Source of the DNA: an uncultured Acidimicrobiia bacterium | GTDB taxonomy: Bacteria; Actinomycetota; Acidimicrobiia; Acidimicrobiales; AC-14 | DNA length: 64,000 bases | Direction of reading: 5' to 3' | NCBI GenBank assembly: GCA_963836205.1 | Contig: CAWIIV010000024.1 | Location: forward strand, 128,001 to 192,000 | Shown: positions 61,275-64,000 of the stretch, in pieces | How the letters are laid out: every line of letters starts with the position of its first letter | Position numbering within the stretch: position 1 is the stretch's first letter | The notes under the pieces: model-generated | Told to the model about the DNA's origin: nothing | The model's input: only the letters and a program-made list of their open reading frames with translations | Databases searched by the model: none | Made by a program: the position numbers and the translations under genes

Positions 61275-61415
61275 ATGGCTACGACGTGTGGACACGAGGG
61301 ATGCAACTGCGAGCCCCGGGAGGACGGGTTCTGCAGCGACTACTGCCAGCGCCACGCCACCCGCGAGGGTCACCAGGCCCACGACTGCAACTGCGGACAT
61401 CCCGGTTGCCACTGA
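61275..61415 (+). CDS. bacterial metallothionein-like peptide (46 aa, absent from the ORF track)
   Basis: MATTCGHEGCNCEPREDGFCSDYCQRHATREGHQAHDCNCGHPGCH*: 8 Cys, 6 His, FCSxxC and CxCGHxxC. Confidence 0.82.
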   Translation: MATTCGHEGCNCEPREDGFCSDYCQRHATREGHQAHDCNCGHPGCH

Positions 61416-61419
61416 CCCG

Positions 61420-62367
61420 GTGACGGTGATCGGCCCCGGCGTCGTCCAGATCGACACCCTCCTGGGCGGGTGGGAACGGGTCACCGCCGGCTACCTGGTC
61501 GAGGGCCCGGAGCCGGTGCTGGTGGAGACGGGCAGCCAGACGTCGGTGCCGTCGCTGCTCGCCGCGCTGGCCGACCACGGGTTGGGGCCGTCCGACCTGG
61601 CCGGTGTGGTCGTCACCCACATCCACCTCGACCACGCCGGTGGGGTGGGCGACGTGGCCGCCGCCTTCCCCCGGGCGCGGGTGTACGTGCACGAGAAGGG
61701 GGCCCGCCACCTGGCCGACCCGTCGAGACTGGTGGCGTCGGCCGCCCGGGTCTACGGCGACCTCCTCGACTCTCTCTACGGCCGCCTGGAGCCGACGCCC
61801 GCCGACCGCATCACCGTGCTCGGCGACGGCGACCAGGTGGTGGTCGGACCGGGGCGGACATTGACCGCGGTCGACTCCCCCGGGCACGCCAAGCACCACC
61901 TGGGCCTGCACGATTCCGAGTCGGGGATCCTCTTCGTGGGCGACGCGGTGGGCGTGCGTCTCCCCGACGTGGGCGTGCTCCGGCCGGCGACCCCCCCGCC
62001 CGACTTCGACCTCGACCTCGCCCTCGACTCCCTGGGTCGCTTCGCCGCCCGCCGCCCCTCGGCCCTCGCCCTGGCCCACTTCGGGATCATCCCGGGCGAC
62101 CCGTCGGAGTCGCTGGCCGAGGCGGCCGAGGTGCTGCGCCGGTGGGCGGAGGTGGCGGAGGCGGCGTGGCGGGAGGGTCGCGACATCCCCGCCGCCCTGT
62201 CGGCCGCCTTCGGCGCCGATCTCGCCGGTGTCGGCGCCGACGACCAGGCCCGGCTGGAGACCCTCAACGGCGTGCACTCCAACGCCGCCGGCATCCGCCG
62301 CTGGCTGGAGCAACGGGCCGCGGCCACCCCGGGCTCCGGTTCGGACGCCGGCGGTCGGCCGGCGTGA
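61420..62367 (+). CDS. metallo-beta-lactamase fold hydrolase
   Basis: THIHLDHAGG, SPGHAKHH, VGDA, LAHFG; GTG start 4 nt after the metallothionein stop. Confidence 0.9.
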   Translation: MTVIGPGVVQIDTLLGGWERVTAGYLVEGPEPVLVETGSQTSVPSLLAALADHGLGPSDLAGVVVTHIHLDHAGGVGDVAAAFPRARVYVHEKGARHLADPSRLVASAARVYGDLLDSLYGRLEPTPADRITVLGDGDQVVVGPGRTLTAVDSPGHAKHHLGLHDSESGILFVGDAVGVRLPDVGVLRPATPPPDFDLDLALDSLGRFAARRPSALALAHFGIIPGDPSESLAEAAEVLRRWAEVAEAAWREGRDIPAALSAAFGADLAGVGADDQARLETLNGVHSNAAGIRRWLEQRAAATPGSGSDAGGRPA

Positions 62368-62370
62368 TCC

Positions 62371-63426
62371 TCACACGTTGACGACGACGTACTCGAAGAC
62401 GGGGCCGGCGGTGAGACCGGTCGGCTGGCCGTTGACGACGACCGGCGTGCCCGCCAGGACCTGCCCCGCGAGCTTGAGCTCGAACATGATGCCCATGGCC
62501 GCGTCGAAATGGGCGGGCTCACCGTCGAAAACCCGTTGCAGGGCGTTGAGGAGTCGGCTGAGGGTGATCTGAAACTGGTTGGCCCGCCGTCGGGCCTCGG
62601 TCTTCGGATCGAGGGCGGCGAGAACCTGGTTGGGGGTCATCGGCCAGACACCCTCGGCGTCGAAGGGGTAGGGGTCGCCGGTGTACGAGAAGCCGATGGC
62701 GACGGACGGGTCGCGGACCAGCCGTCTGCCCCGCACGATCGCCTCGAACCGGTAGTAGTGGGCGACGTCGCCGTCCGGGTCGAGCGGTTTGGTCGGGGTT
62801 CCTTCGCCCTCCTCGATGATCAGCTCGATCGCCCGCACCGCCGAGACGGCGTCGGTGATGGCGAACAATCGCTCGGCCGGGTACCACTCCGGTACTACCA
62901 ACTGGCGGGCGGGATCACCGGCGAACGCGGTATCACCGAGGTCGGCGAACTTGTTGCGCAGCTCCCGGTAGAACTCGCCGATCGTGGCAAACGTCGGGAG
63001 CGCCTCCCGGAGGCTCGGGCCCGGAATCACCAGCACCTTCTCGGGCTCTTCGATCTCCATGAAGACCTTCCGCAGAAGCTCGTGGGAGAACGGTTCCAGG
63101 CCGACGAGAAGTTCGTCGGTGACGCCGAGCGGTAGACGGGACGGGTAGTCGGGCAGGAAATCGGAATCCGCGATCACCGGTCGCCGGCCCAGCGCGTTGA
63201 GGAGGTTGCAGGCGATCGCCATGTGCAGCATCTCGTCGACGACGATGTCGTGGATGTCCCACCAGATCTCCCGGTTGCGGCCCGGTTTCAGCGACAGCAT
63301 GGCGGTCAGATACGGCGGGATCGTGGAGAACTCGAGCTCGACCGCCTTTTGCACGAGAGGGGCCAGGTCGTCGGCCGACGTCGCCTCGTTGGCCGCGTCC
63401 ACCGCGGCTCGATCGATCCGAAGCAT
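62371..63426 (-). CDS. ferritin-like domain protein (VioB C-terminal-like)
   Basis: ELEFSTIPPYLTA, DEMLHMAIACNLLNALG, FMEIEEP, TIGEFY, EEGEG, AHYYRF. Confidence 0.82.
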   Translation of the reverse strand: MLRIDRAAVDAANEATSADDLAPLVQKAVELEFSTIPPYLTAMLSLKPGRNREIWWDIHDIVVDEMLHMAIACNLLNALGRRPVIADSDFLPDYPSRLPLGVTDELLVGLEPFSHELLRKVFMEIEEPEKVLVIPGPSLREALPTFATIGEFYRELRNKFADLGDTAFAGDPARQLVVPEWYPAERLFAITDAVSAVRAIELIIEEGEGTPTKPLDPDGDVAHYYRFEAIVRGRRLVRDPSVAIGFSYTGDPYPFDAEGVWPMTPNQVLAALDPKTEARRRANQFQITLSRLLNALQRVFDGEPAHFDAAMGIMFELKLAGQVLAGTPVVVNGQPTGLTAGPVFEYVVVNV

Positions 63427-63435
63427 GACGGCCTC

Positions 63436-63999
63436 CTAGTCCTCGGGCTCGGGCTCGGGCTCGGGTTCGGTGCCGAGCCGCGCCGCCACCTGCCGTCCGA
63501 TCTCGGCGGCAGCCGCGCTCTTGGCGTCGGGCACGGGTGAAACGTCTCGATCGGCGGGCGGCGACCCGCTGTCGCTCGGCGCGAGCCCCAGTCGTCTGCG
63601 GTCGCCGGGTCTGTCGGGGGGACGACCTCCGGCGGCCGGGAGCTGTTCGAGCCAGCGGACGATCGTGGCCTGCTTGGGCTCCGAGAGGTCGCGGGTGACG
63701 GGCATGTAGTTGGGGTCGCCCATCTTGCGAGTCATGGCGAACAGCAGCGCCCGACGCCACGGCGGCAGCGCGTCCCGATCACCGAGGTCGACCAGGTGCT
63801 CGCTCATGATCGGGTAGAGCCGGGCGTACTGCGTCAGGATCGGCTTGACGTGGCGGTCCCAGTCCGGACGGTCGGGCACCACGAAGGGATCTCGAACATG
63901 GGCCACGATCACGTCGAGGCCGGTGAGCCCGGTGCCGGTTGGGTCGGGCGAACCGTTGCGCAGCCGGGGCGAGTACCTGACCCTCGCGATCTCGCCGTC
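63436..63999 (-). CDS. C-terminal part of a VioB/RebD/StaD-like protein, 5' truncated by the window
   Basis: ILTQYARLYPIM, DPNYMPVTRDLS; frame is open to the right edge. Confidence 0.65.
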   Translation of the reverse strand, partial: DGEIARVRYSPRLRNGSPDPTGTGLTGLDVIVAHVRDPFVVPDRPDWDRHVKPILTQYARLYPIMSEHLVDLGDRDALPPWRRALLFAMTRKMGDPNYMPVTRDLSEPKQATIVRWLEQLPAAGGRPPDRPGDRRRLGLAPSDSGSPPADRDVSPVPDAKSAAAAEIGRQVAARLGTEPEPEPEPED

Positions 64000-64000
64000 G

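Noticed and set aside
61288-61419. N-terminal extension of the MBL hydrolase in the ORF track
   Set aside because: Region is better explained by the metallothionein ORF in another frame; hydrolase homology starts at 61420

Overview
Very high-GC, gene-dense bacterial DNA whose gene content and promoter motifs look actinobacterial (Acidimicrobiia-like is an inference). No rRNA, tRNA, CRISPR array or intact transposase was seen. Routine content: a MoxR-DUF58-VWA/ABC operon, dispersed NHEJ genes (LigD-Pol, Ku, LigD-Lig), a DUF222-HNH gene behind a LexA-like box, heme genes (hemA, hemE, hemH, hemY/G) plus a heme peroxidase, a TPP riboswitch with thiC, pyrE, pyk, udgX, ogt, a CDF transporter and a split VioB-like pair at the right edge. 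Two loci stand out. (1) 31776-35285: three small acidic Ala/Val/Asn/Asp-rich proteins share a RiPP-like leader ending (L/V)P(D/E)R(E/Q)AMS. They are followed by an RRE-like/M50 intramembrane peptidase and a secreted CxxC protein that carries the same 24-residue repeat as the precursor cores. This is a candidate leader-processed beta-fibre (functional amyloid-like) system with no tailoring enzymes. (2) 25497-31110: a coupled STAND/NACHT ATPase - UbiA prenyltransferase - CHAT protease operon in which the ATPase and protease share a VxQxVxxVxxGxVVG motif. A 46-aa metallothionein missed by the ORF track lies at 61275-61415. Several single-base homopolymer frameshifts suggest sequencing indel errors. 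All family assignments are from motif recognition by eye, not database searches.
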